The notes under the pieces: model-generated | Database searches by the model: none | Told to the model about the DNA's origin: nothing | Seen by the model: the letters and a program-made list of their open reading frames with translations, nothing else | Source: a virus | Virus record (IMG/VR): IMGVR_UViG_3300050343_000199 | Coordinates: 96,001 to 160,000 of that record | Length of the DNA: 64,000 nt | Reading direction: 5' to 3' (one strand) | Position numbers and translations under genes: made by a program | Shown: positions 1-10,029 of the stretch, one piece after another | Numbering within the stretch: the stretch's first letter is position 1 | Layout: every line of letters begins with the position of its first letter

Positions 1-3000
1 AGACCTCTTCTTGTACCTAGTTGAATATCACCAGAAACTTTAAGAGCCTTTGTGTCAATTTGAGTAAACGATAAAGATTCGTTGTTGTTATAAGCACCAC
101 CGATAGTAATCTTAGAAATATTGCTATTAAGATCTGGTGTATTACCAATCCAAATGTTGCTATGCAGAGATTTATTACCAACATAAACATATTGATCTTG
201 TGTTGTGGTGTTGAGTAGATTTAAAGTTTTTACAGAATTACCAACGTTAAGTGTGCCAGTAAAAGCAGTATCAGTGACTAGATTAAATGTACCACTTGTC
301 TGAGATGTTCTGATCTCAGCAGTTGTACCGTCGTTGCCATTGACTTCAATGTCATGCTCAAAACGAGCATCATCAGTAAATCTAGATGTACCATCAACAA
401 CCAGTGCTCTGTCTAGTTCAGCATTAGTTACATTAATACCAACACGACCATTATTTGTAGTTGCAACTCTAAGTGTTGCTTCATTTGCTGGTGTTGCACT
501 GTCGCCACCAACTAGAAGTGCATAATCAGAAGTTGTTTCAGTTCTATTAGCGAACGCAGGATTACTTAGATAATCAGAAATTATCTTACCACTGATAAAT
601 GCATTACCAACAACATCAAGGTTTGCACGAGGAGCAGTATCAACATCAACAAATGCAGTCATATATGCATCATGTGCAGATCTTGCGACTGTGTTAATAC
701 CAAGTTTGTATTGACCAATGTCACTGGTATCAGTTCTAATTGTTTCAGAACCAATAACTCCAAATTCTTTCCAAGAAGAATTAGAGAACTCTAATCTTAC
801 ATCATTTCCAAGTGCTACCTCACTAGACCAAAGTCTTGGATTGTCATTTGCAACGTTAGATCTGTTTTCAATAATAGCAATTTGACAAGTATTAGCACTG
901 GCAGTAAATCCATTACCAATGATTTGCCAGAGACCATTAAATCCAGGGTCACTATAGTTAGAAATTCTGATCTGGGATCCGCTGGTAACACCAACTTGAT
1001 CATTAGATAAGTTGTTACCCCAAGTAATGGTGATAACAGTGCTTCCATTCATCTGGAAGTTAAGGAGATTTGCATTAACAACTCGCGCAAAGAAGTTTGC
1101 GTAAATCCATCCAAGAGACCCAGTACCACCAACTTCAGATCCTTTGAGAAGAATATCTCCAGATAATGGAACTTCAGACCCGTACAATACATTTTGGGTA
1201 GTATTAATTGCAGTTCCAAGACCTGTGCTATACACGGGACTTTGATTAGGTGTAATATTTGACCCAATGCTTCCAACTACATGATTTTGAATTTTATAAC
1301 CTTGTGCAGCACCATTTGAACCACGTGGATTAAACTGGAATATTGAGGCAGCAACTCGGTTTCTTGCAATTACAATGTCACCATTTGTATCTTGATTGAG
1401 GAATTGATTAGTCTTATCAAGTGTTGCATCATCACCATCACTAGGTGATACGTTAGAAACTACAGTAAATGCATAATCTCTAACTCTACCCAGAACATTA
1501 ATAGTAACAGGAGAGTTAAATGTACTCATGCGATCTTGAGCATCACCACCATTAACAGTGATGTACTCGTTAAATGTTACAGGAGTATCAAAAGTAGTAA
1601 CAAGACTACCGATATCTTCAGTGTCATCATCAGAATCAACTAATGCAGCAGATTCCAAGAATACTTCTTCACCAGTAATAGCATCAATCTTACGGTTACC
1701 AATGTATAGGTCACCGTTAGAGTTTAGACCAGTGTAGAATACTAAACCACCATTTTGCTTCTTAGACTGTGCATAGAAGTCTTGGGTTGGGGTTAGAACG
1801 ATCTCCTGACGGGCAGGAAGACCGGTTGAATAGTTACCAGGACCGAATCCAAGGTACTCAAAGGTATGGTTACCTGCACGAGCAATAGAGGGTCTTCTAA
1901 GTTCAACATATAGTCTCTGATCAGACATTACAGTGCTGTCACCAGCAATAGGAATGCGACGATCTTCAGATCCAGATGCAGCATTACCCTTCTGCGCTCT
2001 TAATCTATTATCAATGCTAGAATTAACTTGAGTATAAGTATTCTGCAACAGTGCTTGCTGAGTCGTAAAGTCAAGCATTGCTTCACGAGTCATTGAACCC
2101 TTAAAGTCGTTAACTCTAACAAGACCGTGAGTATAGTTATCTGCAGCAGAATATGTTGCAGGAACATCAAGTTGGGTGTTATCTAACTGCTTGAACCAAA
2201 GAGGATCGTTCTTATAGTTCAGTGGATATAGTTTGCTGATTGGTTGAGAGAACTTAAAGTTACGGAAGTTACCCTGATTACCAGCACCAGTTGGGAATGG
2301 AGAGATGTTACCACGAACAGCAGTTAGATAGTAGATACCATCTTGCTGACCGTAAATACGGCGTTGAACCTCTTCAACATCAAAGATGTAGAAGGTATCA
2401 TCAAGTTCCCCAGTATCAGTTACAGACTCTACGTAGAACTGAACGTTTGCATCGTCAGTAATGATATCACCAGGAGTGATAGTATAAACTTTGGATCCAA
2501 GTTGTCTGTAGTAATATTCTGGATAGTTCTTACGAATAAGATCCTTAATGTATAGTGACTTACCGAAGTCTTCATCAGTCAGTAGGTCAGCAAATACTGC
2601 ACCTTGAGCAAATCGGATATTTTCAAAGACTGAATAATCAATCTTACCAGAAATACCCTTGAGAATCAAATACCAGTCACTTGTATTTGGAACATTGAGT
2701 GCTGCATGTATGAATGCATAACCCGAAGAATTGCCATACCAATCAACTCTGTTTGCAGAATTTGATTGAGTCTTGTTAGCAACGAAAGAACCACCCTGAG
2801 GTGCAGTAACCTTAACTGTAGTAAACGTTTCATTCAACAATCCAACGTTTGTAATACCTAGGTCAAATACAGTTACTTCTAATAGTTCGTCACCACTTTG
2901 TGCATCATTAAAGTATCTACCAGACTGAATAGTCATTGAGACATAATTAGAAGTCTCAATACTCTTAGCGTACTGAGTTGTGCCTACAACGTCTCTCTTA

Positions 3001-6000
3001 TATGGATCATATGCAGTCTCTTCATTTAGATTATTACTAAGGAAATCTGCCTTAGTGAAACCAATAACTTCATTTGCTTGTACTGGGTTGAAGAACCTTG
3101 CTTTTGTTACAGAACCAGATACTGGTTTAAGTACAAGTTTTTGTGGCAGAAGTTTTCTAGTTTCATCCTTACGAACTTTAATGGTAAATCCATTAATAGG
3201 ATCACGAACCGCTTGTAAGTACTCAGGAATAACATAACGAAGACGATAGATACGATCATCTTTATCTCTTTCATCCTTGATCCTTTCAAACCAAGCATCG
3301 TTAGTCTTATCTTGACCAGAGATATCGCTATAAGTATTCTCATGCAATCTAGTTAAGATGCTTTCATCATACCTAGGATCATTAACATTAGAAGAATGAT
3401 CCTCAACCTGCATATACCACTTACCATAAATTGCTGGTGTAGTATTTGGATTTAAATATGACGGATCATATTTTACAGGTGATTCACGCTTATCCGCAAA
3501 TGTTGAGAAGTCATAAGAACCAGTCTGGAATGTAATTGCATTAATATCAGCAATTGCATCTGACTTTGTTGCGTGAATAGTGAAAGTTTTTTCAGTTTGA
3601 TATCTTGCCCAGAAGAATTTATCTCCACGAATTCTACCATTACTATCAGAGATAGAACTATCTCCAGCATAGTTAGAACCTACAAGAGGAACACTTCCAC
3701 CCTCATTTGCTCTAAAGAATACCTGATGACCAGAAATATCTGCAAAAGGAACATCAAAGATGTGTGGTACATCAGTACGAATACTAGAGTTAGTATTTGC
3801 CTCTAGGATACAAGAGTATTGATGCAAATCATAATTATCATCTAATACAAATTGATATACATCAATTTCAATATCAGGATCAATAGACTCTACTTCAGCA
3901 GAGTGAATATAGATACCTGCTGCAGCATTTTCTTTGCTGTTTGCAAGCATAATCTTTGTTTGATCTGTTCCGTCAAAGACTGAAGTTCCTTCATAAGGTT
4001 CTGGTTTTGTCTTTCTTGCAGGAGCAATTACATAATACTCTTCGTTGGTTTCAAAACCATTTGGGAGTCTAATCTTTCTCTTGTCAACATCAACATAAGA
4101 GTTGGTTACACTATCATAACGAGGACGTGGAACCAATCTAATTGGTGTACCAGTTTCTAGGTTATGTGGGTTGGCACCAGCACCTGTTCTAAGAGTCCAA
4201 GTTGTTGCTCTAGAAGCAAGTTGTGTGGTAAGTTGAGAAGGTTCTACTCTAGGAATAGTATTCAGACCAGTCTGAATAATCGTTGAGATATTAGTAAAGA
4301 ACTGACGAATAGCAGAAGCTTGATCAGCACACTCTGGATAAGAGGTATGTTGAGTAATAGTATCGTCAACAGTTGGTGAGAACTCAGATGTATATACACC
4401 TGAAGTTAAAGTGAAGTACAGGTAAGAGTTTGTGGTGGTTGCGTTTGCATTTACCGATGGACCAAATGCAAGTCCGAGTGGAGACTCAACTCTATCAACT
4501 GACTGTAAGTATCCAGGATTTGCAATTGTATTATTAACAATCTGGAACAGAGTAGTAACAGCAGATGCTACATTCTGACAAGATCCGTTAGATACAGTTC
4601 TAAGAACAGATGAAAGTGATGTTGGGGTTGATACTGCACTAGAAATAATATTAAAGAGTGTAGTAATAGTTGTTCTTGCATCTTCACACGATCCAACAGA
4701 TAAAGTTCTTGCAACATTAGCAAGAGAAGATGGTGTGTTGATAGCAACAGTAACTAGATCAGTGAAAGTTGTCAGAGATGATTTAACATCATTACACGAT
4801 GCATTAGATAAAGTACGTGTAACACCATATAGTAGATTACTAGAAGTAATGGTATTAGTAAGTATTTGAATCAACGTGGTGATCGTAGCTGCCTGTGAAG
4901 CACAAACAGGGGATCCATCAGCAGTAATTGTTAGGTCTTTAGATTGAGTTAGAGTTGTATGACCACCAACAGTTACATTTTCATTTCTCATGACCTCAAT
5001 CATGAGAGCACGTGCTTCAGTAAACGCGAAAATTGTTTCTGTTTCTTCACCAGCGACATGTGCCCCAGTAGCATAGAAGTTAGCAGCATCCCATACTCTG
5101 TCATTACCGCCATATGCTAAGTTATGAGCAACAACATCTACAACGTCCTTGATGTCATCAAGACAATCATTACTGTTTCCAGTTGGAACTGTAAATGTAG
5201 GGAAGTTTGCTAACATTCTACCCAAAGCAATCTCAGAAATAAAGTCTTTGTTTGCTAGAATTAAGTTTCTTGCATCTGCAGACTTATTATCTACAGGTGT
5301 AGGAGCATCAACTGTAATAGTTGTGTCTTTTGTCTGAGTTAAACCATGACTACCGACAAGGAGCATGGTTTCATTTCTCATTGCTTGGACCATTAGGTCT
5401 CTAGCATATTCAAGAGCTTGTGTAGTCTGTACTTCTTCACCGGCAACATGAGCACCCTGAACATACAGGTTTGCCATGTCCCAGACTCTATCATTTCCAC
5501 CAAATGCTAAGTTATAAGAAACTTCCTGAACGAAATCATCAATGTCATCAATACAATCTTGAGCGTTGCCAGTTGGAGGAACAAACCCAGGATTCTCAGC
5601 GATCATTCTTTCGTATGCTTCAGCAGCAATCACTGCTTTATTGGAAAGAATTAAGTTGCGAGCATCACCATTACGATCAATTACTGGATCTGGTGTATTA
5701 TATGTAATTGATGTATCATAGGTTTGAGTTAAACCATGAGACCCTACCGAAAGGACCTTTTGGTTTCTCATAACTTGAGCAGCCATTTCTTTTGCTTGCT
5801 CAAAAATATGAAGAGTTTGTGCTTCTTCACCTGCTACATGAGCACCTTTAACATAAGAATAGGCAGCATCCCAAGATTTATCGTTACCACCGTATGCTAA
5901 GTTATCAGCAACTGCTTCTAGAATATCAATAACATCATCAATACAATCCTGTGGATTACCTGTAGGAGTAGTAAATGAAGGGTATACTGTAAGCATTCTT

Positions 6001-8957
6001 GCATATGCTTCAGTTGCGATCAAAGTTTTGTTAGCAAGAATTAGATTACGAGCATCACCATAACGATCTTTGACTAGTTCAGGAGCAACATAGGTGATAG
6101 TAGTATCTTTCTGTTGTGATAAACCATGAGATCCAAAGATGAATACATCTTCATTACGCATGACTTGGATGCACATATCTCTAGCATATGTAAATGCTTT
6201 GATAGTCTCATCTTCTTCGCCAGCAACATGAGCGCCGGTTTCATACAAGTATGCTGCATCATAAGTATCAGCATTACCACCAAAAGCAGTATTTTCTGCA
6301 ACTGCTTCAATTACATCAACAATATCATCCTTACAATCCTGTGGATTACCTGTAGGAGTAACAAATCCAGGGAAGTCAAGGACCATGCGATCATATGCTT
6401 CAGCAGCAATGAATGCTTTATTGAGAAGGATTAAATCTTTTGCGTCTCCGTAACGATCAGATACCAGTTTCTTCTCACTGTATACTGCTTTTTGACCCAA
6501 CTCAATTGTAGTTGCATCAATAACACGCTTAACATAAGTGTTATCTGGGATGGCAGGAGAATTAGGACGTGAAGCTCCAGCATTTAACTTACCATCAGTA
6601 AACTCAGAAGGATCGTAATCTGCAACGATCATACCCTGAGAAATACCAGAAGTATCGCCAATGTTTACAATAGAAGATGCTGCTGTAGTAGAAACACCTT
6701 GACGCAGATACGAGAAATTACGCATCGCTGCGATTGCTAAATCTCTCGCGTAATTATATCCTTCTAAAGTTTCTGATAGTTCTCCAGTGATATAAGAGAG
6801 ATTATTTCCAACATAATAAGACTCTGCTGCCTGGATAGTATTAATATTACCACCAAGACGAAGATCTTGTACTGTAGCATCAATCAGATATCCAATATCG
6901 CGACGACATTTCTCAATGCTGATGCCAGATTTAACTACAAGATTTGGATACTTTCCAGTGATAAATCCATATGCTTCAGCAGCAATGAAGCTCTTATTTT
7001 CTTCAATTCTATCTGCTGCATCAAGATCCTTATTATTAAGTACAAGATTGCTAGGATTAAGAATAGATGCAGTTGCAGTAAATTTCTTAAATCCATTTGG
7101 TGATAGAGTAGCATCAAAAATGTTACTAGCACCAGCACTTCTTGGAGTTAGTTTTACATATAGTTTTTCATCACTTCTTGCACCAATTCTGAATCCATCA
7201 ATTGATGCTGCAGGTCTCTTGGCAGGATCATATGCTTCATCATCACCAAAGAAAATTTTACTGTGATTATTAGGATCATTAGATGCTTTTACATCAATAG
7301 TATAGTAAGCATTCTTCTTAGTATTTCCTTGTGTTTCAGGGATAGTTTTTGGAGGAACAATATCCGTGATGTAACCACCCTTATCTTGATTAAAGGCAAA
7401 TCCTTTAAAACCAATAGCATGAAGTGATGTGTTACCGAAGTTAGAGTTAGAGTTGGTGATAGACATATCACCACCACTTTCCATTAGGAAGTGATCAGCA
7501 AAACCAACAGCGAAGATAGAAACGTTCTGAATAAATGCGTCATCTGATGCACGAACGTGGAAGTTTCTCCAGTCATCCTTCCAATATGCATCACCTTTAG
7601 TGTGATATGGAACAGTCGCAAATGCATCAGTTAATGATGCCTGATTAAACGTGTTAGAATACTCATCATAACGAATGAATGCTCTGTCATCTTTCTGCAA
7701 TGAAACGCCCGTATACTGAGCGATAACCATGGATTTAAATCCAGTTGCCTTCAGTCCATTTGCCCAGATTCCGCAAATACCCCAGGTAGAGCGAATAGAG
7801 CAGTTAAAGACATACGGAGACGCGGATTCAACGGAATCAACTTCCGCTTTAACTACCGCATTTGCACTTAATCCACTTTGAGCTGTATATGATGTTCCGC
7901 TAACTAAACTTACACTGGTTCCAAGAGCTGCAACAGTTCCAGGAATTTTATAAGTAAACTTCCTACCATCTACTAGATCAATATCTTCTACGGGGAAGGT
8001 GCCGTTTAATTGATCATCTAACCCATTGTTTTCAATAGAAACAAACTGGTTCTTGAAATAACCATGATTTACTTTAGTGGTAATATTGACACTGATTGTT
8101 CCTGCAGGAGAGGAATCTACACACTCAATACTTTCAATAGAGCGAATGTCTGATAGAGGACCAACAATTCTAGTTTCTTGGATTCTTTCAGTAAATTCAC
8201 CGGGATCGTCAATTGTTGGTTGATACTGAGAAAATGCCTTAGCAATCTTCTGATAGTATAGACCTAATTCTTCTTTGTCTGCATATTCAAATACAGTTAG
8301 TTTATGGTGAGAATAGTTAGGAATTGCTAACTGATCCCAGTATCCATTCTGATAATATACCTTACCTACACCTTCGTTCTTATTGTAGAGAGGAGAAGAA
8401 GGTTCTAGATCACCATCTTTGATCGTAAACTGCCAGAAATAACATGCACCAGTTACATTAAAGATAGCAGAACGCTTCTCTAACCTGTCTGCAGGATCTG
8501 GGACATATAAAGGACGGACAACAGTCCTACGAAGATCATAACCTACAAGAGATGAACCTCTAGGTAGAATTGCACCACCTTCAGTGTTATTGAATCTATA
8601 AAGGATATTATTTGGATCTGAGATATCAAGATTAGAGTTATCTTCCCACTCATTTAATGCTTGATTGAATGCAAATGCATCAATACCCGTAGTTCCAACA
8701 ATGCCAGGACGGTTATCAATATAATGATTACCAGGCATCAACATGATCGTGAACTGGTCAAAACGATCATTATCGGGACCAGGAAGGTATGAATACCTTG
8801 CAATCTCTAAGAATGCTCTTTGAATAGACTTAAATGGTCTAATTGGGGAATTTCCCCTGTTGTTCAACTCATCCGAAGCATTGAAATCATCGGGGGAGAC
8901 ATACAAATACTTACCAGTTTTACTACTAATAAGATTGTCAAGTCTAGTCAAAGCCAT
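1..8957 (-). CDS. Giant virion structural/tail-fibre-like protein (>2985 aa, runs off window at position 1)
   Basis: Not in ORF track. ATG at 8957 reads MALTRLDNLISSKTGKYLYVSPDDFNASDELNNRGNSPIRPFKSIQRAF, the N-terminus typical of giant cyanomyovirus fibre proteins. Spot translations in this frame at ~7800, ~7000, 4500-6450, ~1800 and 1-50 (...KVSGDIQLGTRRG) are open; not every codon was checked. Late promoter TATAAATA 40 nt upstream. Confidence 0.85.
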   Translation of the reverse strand, partial: MALTRLDNLISSKTGKYLYVSPDDFNASDELNNRGNSPIRPFKSIQRAFLEIARYSYLPGPDNDRFDQFTIMLMPGNHYIDNRPGIVGTTGIDAFAFNQALNEWEDNSNLDISDPNNILYRFNNTEGGAILPRGSSLVGYDLRRTVVRPLYVPDPADRLEKRSAIFNVTGACYFWQFTIKDGDLEPSSPLYNKNEGVGKVYYQNGYWDQLAIPNYSHHKLTVFEYADKEELGLYYQKIAKAFSQYQPTIDDPGEFTERIQETRIVGPLSDIRSIESIECVDSSPAGTISVNITTKVNHGYFKNQFVSIENNGLDDQLNGTFPVEDIDLVDGRKFTYKIPGTVAALGTSVSLVSGTSYTAQSGLSANAVVKAEVDSVESASPYVFNCSIRSTWGICGIWANGLKATGFKSMVIAQYTGVSLQKDDRAFIRYDEYSNTFNQASLTDAFATVPYHTKGDAYWKDDWRNFHVRASDDAFIQNVSIFAVGFADHFLMESGGDMSITNSNSNFGNTSLHAIGFKGFAFNQDKGGYITDIVPPKTIPETQGNTKKNAYYTIDVKASNDPNNHSKIFFGDDEAYDPAKRPAASIDGFRIGARSDEKLYVKLTPRSAGASNIFDATLSPNGFKKFTATASILNPSNLVLNNKDLDAADRIEENKSFIAAEAYGFITGKYPNLVVKSGISIEKCRRDIGYLIDATVQDLRLGGNINTIQAAESYYVGNNLSYITGELSETLEGYNYARDLAIAAMRNFSYLRQGVSTTAASSIVNIGDTSGISQGMIVADYDPSEFTDGKLNAGASRPNSPAIPDNTYVKRVIDATTIELGQKAVYSEKKLVSDRYGDAKDLILLNKAFIAAEAYDRMVLDFPGFVTPTGNPQDCKDDIVDVIEAVAENTAFGGNADTYDAAYLYETGAHVAGEEDETIKAFTYARDMCIQVMRNEDVFIFGSHGLSQQKDTTITYVAPELVKDRYGDARNLILANKTLIATEAYARMLTVYPSFTTPTGNPQDCIDDVIDILEAVADNLAYGGNDKSWDAAYSYVKGAHVAGEEAQTLHIFEQAKEMAAQVMRNQKVLSVGSHGLTQTYDTSITYNTPDPVIDRNGDARNLILSNKAVIAAEAYERMIAENPGFVPPTGNAQDCIDDIDDFVQEVSYNLAFGGNDRVWDMANLYVQGAHVAGEEVQTTQALEYARDLMVQAMRNETMLLVGSHGLTQTKDTTITVDAPTPVDNKSADARNLILANKDFISEIALGRMLANFPTFTVPTGNSNDCLDDIKDVVDVVAHNLAYGGNDRVWDAANFYATGAHVAGEETETIFAFTEARALMIEVMRNENVTVGGHTTLTQSKDLTITADGSPVCASQAATITTLIQILTNTITSSNLLYGVTRTLSNASCNDVKSSLTTFTDLVTVAINTPSSLANVARTLSVGSCEDARTTITTLFNIISSAVSTPTSLSSVLRTVSNGSCQNVASAVTTLFQIVNNTIANPGYLQSVDRVESPLGLAFGPSVNANATTTNSYLYFTLTSGVYTSEFSPTVDDTITQHTSYPECADQASAIRQFFTNISTIIQTGLNTIPRVEPSQLTTQLASRATTWTLRTGAGANPHNLETGTPIRLVPRPRYDSVTNSYVDVDKRKIRLPNGFETNEEYYVIAPARKTKPEPYEGTSVFDGTDQTKIMLANSKENAAAGIYIHSAEVESIDPDIEIDVYQFVLDDNYDLHQYSCILEANTNSSIRTDVPHIFDVPFADISGHQVFFRANEGGSVPLVGSNYAGDSSISDSNGRIRGDKFFWARYQTEKTFTIHATKSDAIADINAITFQTGSYDFSTFADKRESPVKYDPSYLNPNTTPAIYGKWYMQVEDHSSNVNDPRYDESILTRLHENTYSDISGQDKTNDAWFERIKDERDKDDRIYRLRYVIPEYLQAVRDPINGFTIKVRKDETRKLLPQKLVLKPVSGSVTKARFFNPVQANEVIGFTKADFLSNNLNEETAYDPYKRDVVGTTQYAKSIETSNYVSMTIQSGRYFNDAQSGDELLEVTVFDLGITNVGLLNETFTTVKVTAPQGGSFVANKTQSNSANRVDWYGNSSGYAFIHAALNVPNTSDWYLILKGISGKIDYSVFENIRFAQGAVFADLLTDEDFGKSLYIKDLIRKNYPEYYYRQLGSKVYTITPGDIITDDANVQFYVESVTDTGELDDTFYIFDVEEVQRRIYGQQDGIYYLTAVRGNISPFPTGAGNQGNFRNFKFSQPISKLYPLNYKNDPLWFKQLDNTQLDVPATYSAADNYTHGLVRVNDFKGSMTREAMLDFTTQQALLQNTYTQVNSSIDNRLRAQKGNAASGSEDRRIPIAGDSTVMSDQRLYVELRRPSIARAGNHTFEYLGFGPGNYSTGLPARQEIVLTPTQDFYAQSKKQNGGLVFYTGLNSNGDLYIGNRKIDAITGEEVFLESAALVDSDDDTEDIGSLVTTFDTPVTFNEYITVNGGDAQDRMSTFNSPVTINVLGRVRDYAFTVVSNVSPSDGDDATLDKTNQFLNQDTNGDIVIARNRVAASIFQFNPRGSNGAAQGYKIQNHVVGSIGSNITPNQSPVYSTGLGTAINTTQNVLYGSEVPLSGDILLKGSEVGGTGSLGWIYANFFARVVNANLLNFQMNGSTVITITWGNNLSNDQVGVTSGSQIRISNYSDPGFNGLWQIIGNGFTASANTCQIAIIENRSNVANDNPRLWSSEVALGNDVRLEFSNSSWKEFGVIGSETIRTDTSDIGQYKLGINTVARSAHDAYMTAFVDVDTAPRANLDVVGNAFISGKIISDYLSNPAFANRTETTSDYALLVGGDSATPANEATLRVATTNNGRVGINVTNAELDRALVVDGTSRFTDDARFEHDIEVNGNDGTTAEIRTSQTSGTFNLVTDTAFTGTLNVGNSVKTLNLLNTTTQDQYVYVGNKSLHSNIWIGNTPDLNSNISKITIGGAYNNNESLSFTQIDTKALKVSGDIQLGTRRG
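4480..4910 (-). repeat. Four 108-bp (36-aa) Cys-containing tandem repeats inside the giant ORF
   Basis: Cys-codon anchors at 4578, 4686, 4794 and 4902 (exact 108-nt period); unit approx. (S)C.DV.S...T...L....I.T.SSL..V.RTLS. Confidence 0.75.
4930..6480 (-). repeat. Four 390-bp (130-aa) tandem repeats inside the giant ORF
   Basis: DARNLIL.NK anchors at 5251, 5641, 6031 and 6421 (exact 390-nt period); each unit has PTGN.QDC.DD, GGN...WDAA and GAHVAGEE motifs. Confidence 0.85.
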
Positions 8958-8997
8958 ATTACTCAACCGCTGCGGTTACTAAGATCTGATCTCAGAT

Positions 8998-9005
8998 TAT
9001 TTATA
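8998..9005 (-). promoter_or_regulatory. T4-type late promoter TATAAATA
   Basis: Exact T4 late consensus 40 nt upstream of the giant ORF start. Confidence 0.8.
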
Positions 9006-9008
9006 CAA

Positions 9009-9080
9009 CTCCCGAGGCAGGATTTGAACCTGCGACCGAGTGATTAACAGTCACCAGCTCTGCCGCTGAGCTACTCGGGA
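9009..9080 (-). tRNA. trnN: tRNA-Asn (GTT)
   Basis: TCCCGAG/CTCGGGA acceptor stem, anticodon arm GGTGA-CTGTTAA-TCACT, T-loop TTCAAAT; no encoded CCA. Confidence 0.95.
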
Positions 9081-9106
9081 TTAAAGAGGTATCTCACCTC
9101 TAGGAT

Positions 9107-9718
9107 TTAGTTTGTAACTAAAGAATGCAACCACCCTGTAGCAATATATTTAATTTCGCTTTTGGGTGGGTATCCACGATGAAAAAAAGTCCAACATGCC
9201 GGAAAAATGATCATTCTTCCAGTCTTGGGTTGAATTTTTGTACCATCAATAAATTCTGTGTAACCATCTTCTACGATATCATTAAGATACCATATAAACG
9301 TTAACAGGCGAACACCACTATTTTCAATTTCAGACTTAATTGTATTAAAGTCACTATGCCAAGTATATCCAGAATTAGGATTAGTTCTTTGTATTTGATA
9401 CCCAGAATCTTTCATTTCATTTAGCAAGATTTCAATAGTATCTTTATTAGTGCGTTCTTTAATGATCTCACTATTTACATAATTTCTTAAATGCTCAGTA
9501 AGAGTTTTACAAAATACATCATCTTCATATTTCCAATCGGAAAGAGAAGAAATTTGTAGATCGGTAGAATCTTTTACTTCTTTGTTAATATAACCATGAC
9601 CAATATGACCTTCAAATTTACGCTCGTCTGCTTCAAATTTTTCAATACATGTTTTACAGAAATGCTCACTTAAGGCATTATCTGCACAGTATATAAATTC
9701 TGAATACTGAAAAGACAT
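9107..9718 (-). CDS. 2OG-Fe(II) oxygenase (prolyl-4-hydroxylase-like)
   Basis: YTWHSD (HxD), RLLTFIWYLND, GYTEF, FPACWTFFHRG and KYIATGW motifs. Confidence 0.9.
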   Translation of the reverse strand: MSFQYSEFIYCADNALSEHFCKTCIEKFEADERKFEGHIGHGYINKEVKDSTDLQISSLSDWKYEDDVFCKTLTEHLRNYVNSEIIKERTNKDTIEILLNEMKDSGYQIQRTNPNSGYTWHSDFNTIKSEIENSGVRLLTFIWYLNDIVEDGYTEFIDGTKIQPKTGRMIIFPACWTFFHRGYPPKSEIKYIATGWLHSLVTN

Positions 9719-9734
9719 AATACGAAGACATAAG

Positions 9735-9940
9735 GAAGGGGCATCTCACCCCTCAGAACTACTTGGTTAACAAGGCTAGTTTAACCCCGATCTCCCATTC
9801 AGGCAGTCGCGAGTTCGCGAGTGCGGGAGAATGCAACGATATTATTCGCTGCGGTGTCAGATGTTTTTGCATCTATGGTTTGCTTATCCAAGCAGGTTTC
9901 AGTAACACTCCTTATACCCCGTCTAAACCATGGCACCCCC
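9735..9940 (-). ncRNA. ssrA: tmRNA, piece carrying the 5' acceptor strand and the tag reading frame
   Basis: Starts GGGGGTG-CCATGGTTTAGAC (tmRNA-type 5' end); tag frame 9849-9799 = ANNIVAFSRTRELATA*, resembling cyanobacterial ANNIV..FSR..A tags; 3' boundary approximate (hairpin 9737-9753). Confidence 0.88.
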
Positions 9941-9945
9941 AGGAG

Positions 9946-10027
9946 TGGGCAGAGTTGGATTTGAACCAACGTAGGCAGAGCCAGAAGATTTACAGTCTTC
10001 CTCCTTTAACCACTCGGACATCTACCC
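9946..10027 (-). tRNA. trnY: tRNA-Tyr (GTA), located inside the tmRNA intervening segment
   Basis: GGGTAGA/TCTGCCC stem, anticodon arm GAAGA-CTGTAAA-TCTTC, long variable arm, TTCAAAT T-loop. Confidence 0.95.
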
Positions 10028-10029
10028 AA

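Noticed and set aside
334-8900. Short track ORFs across 1-9 kb
   Set aside because: All lie in alternate or antisense frames of the single giant minus-strand ORF.
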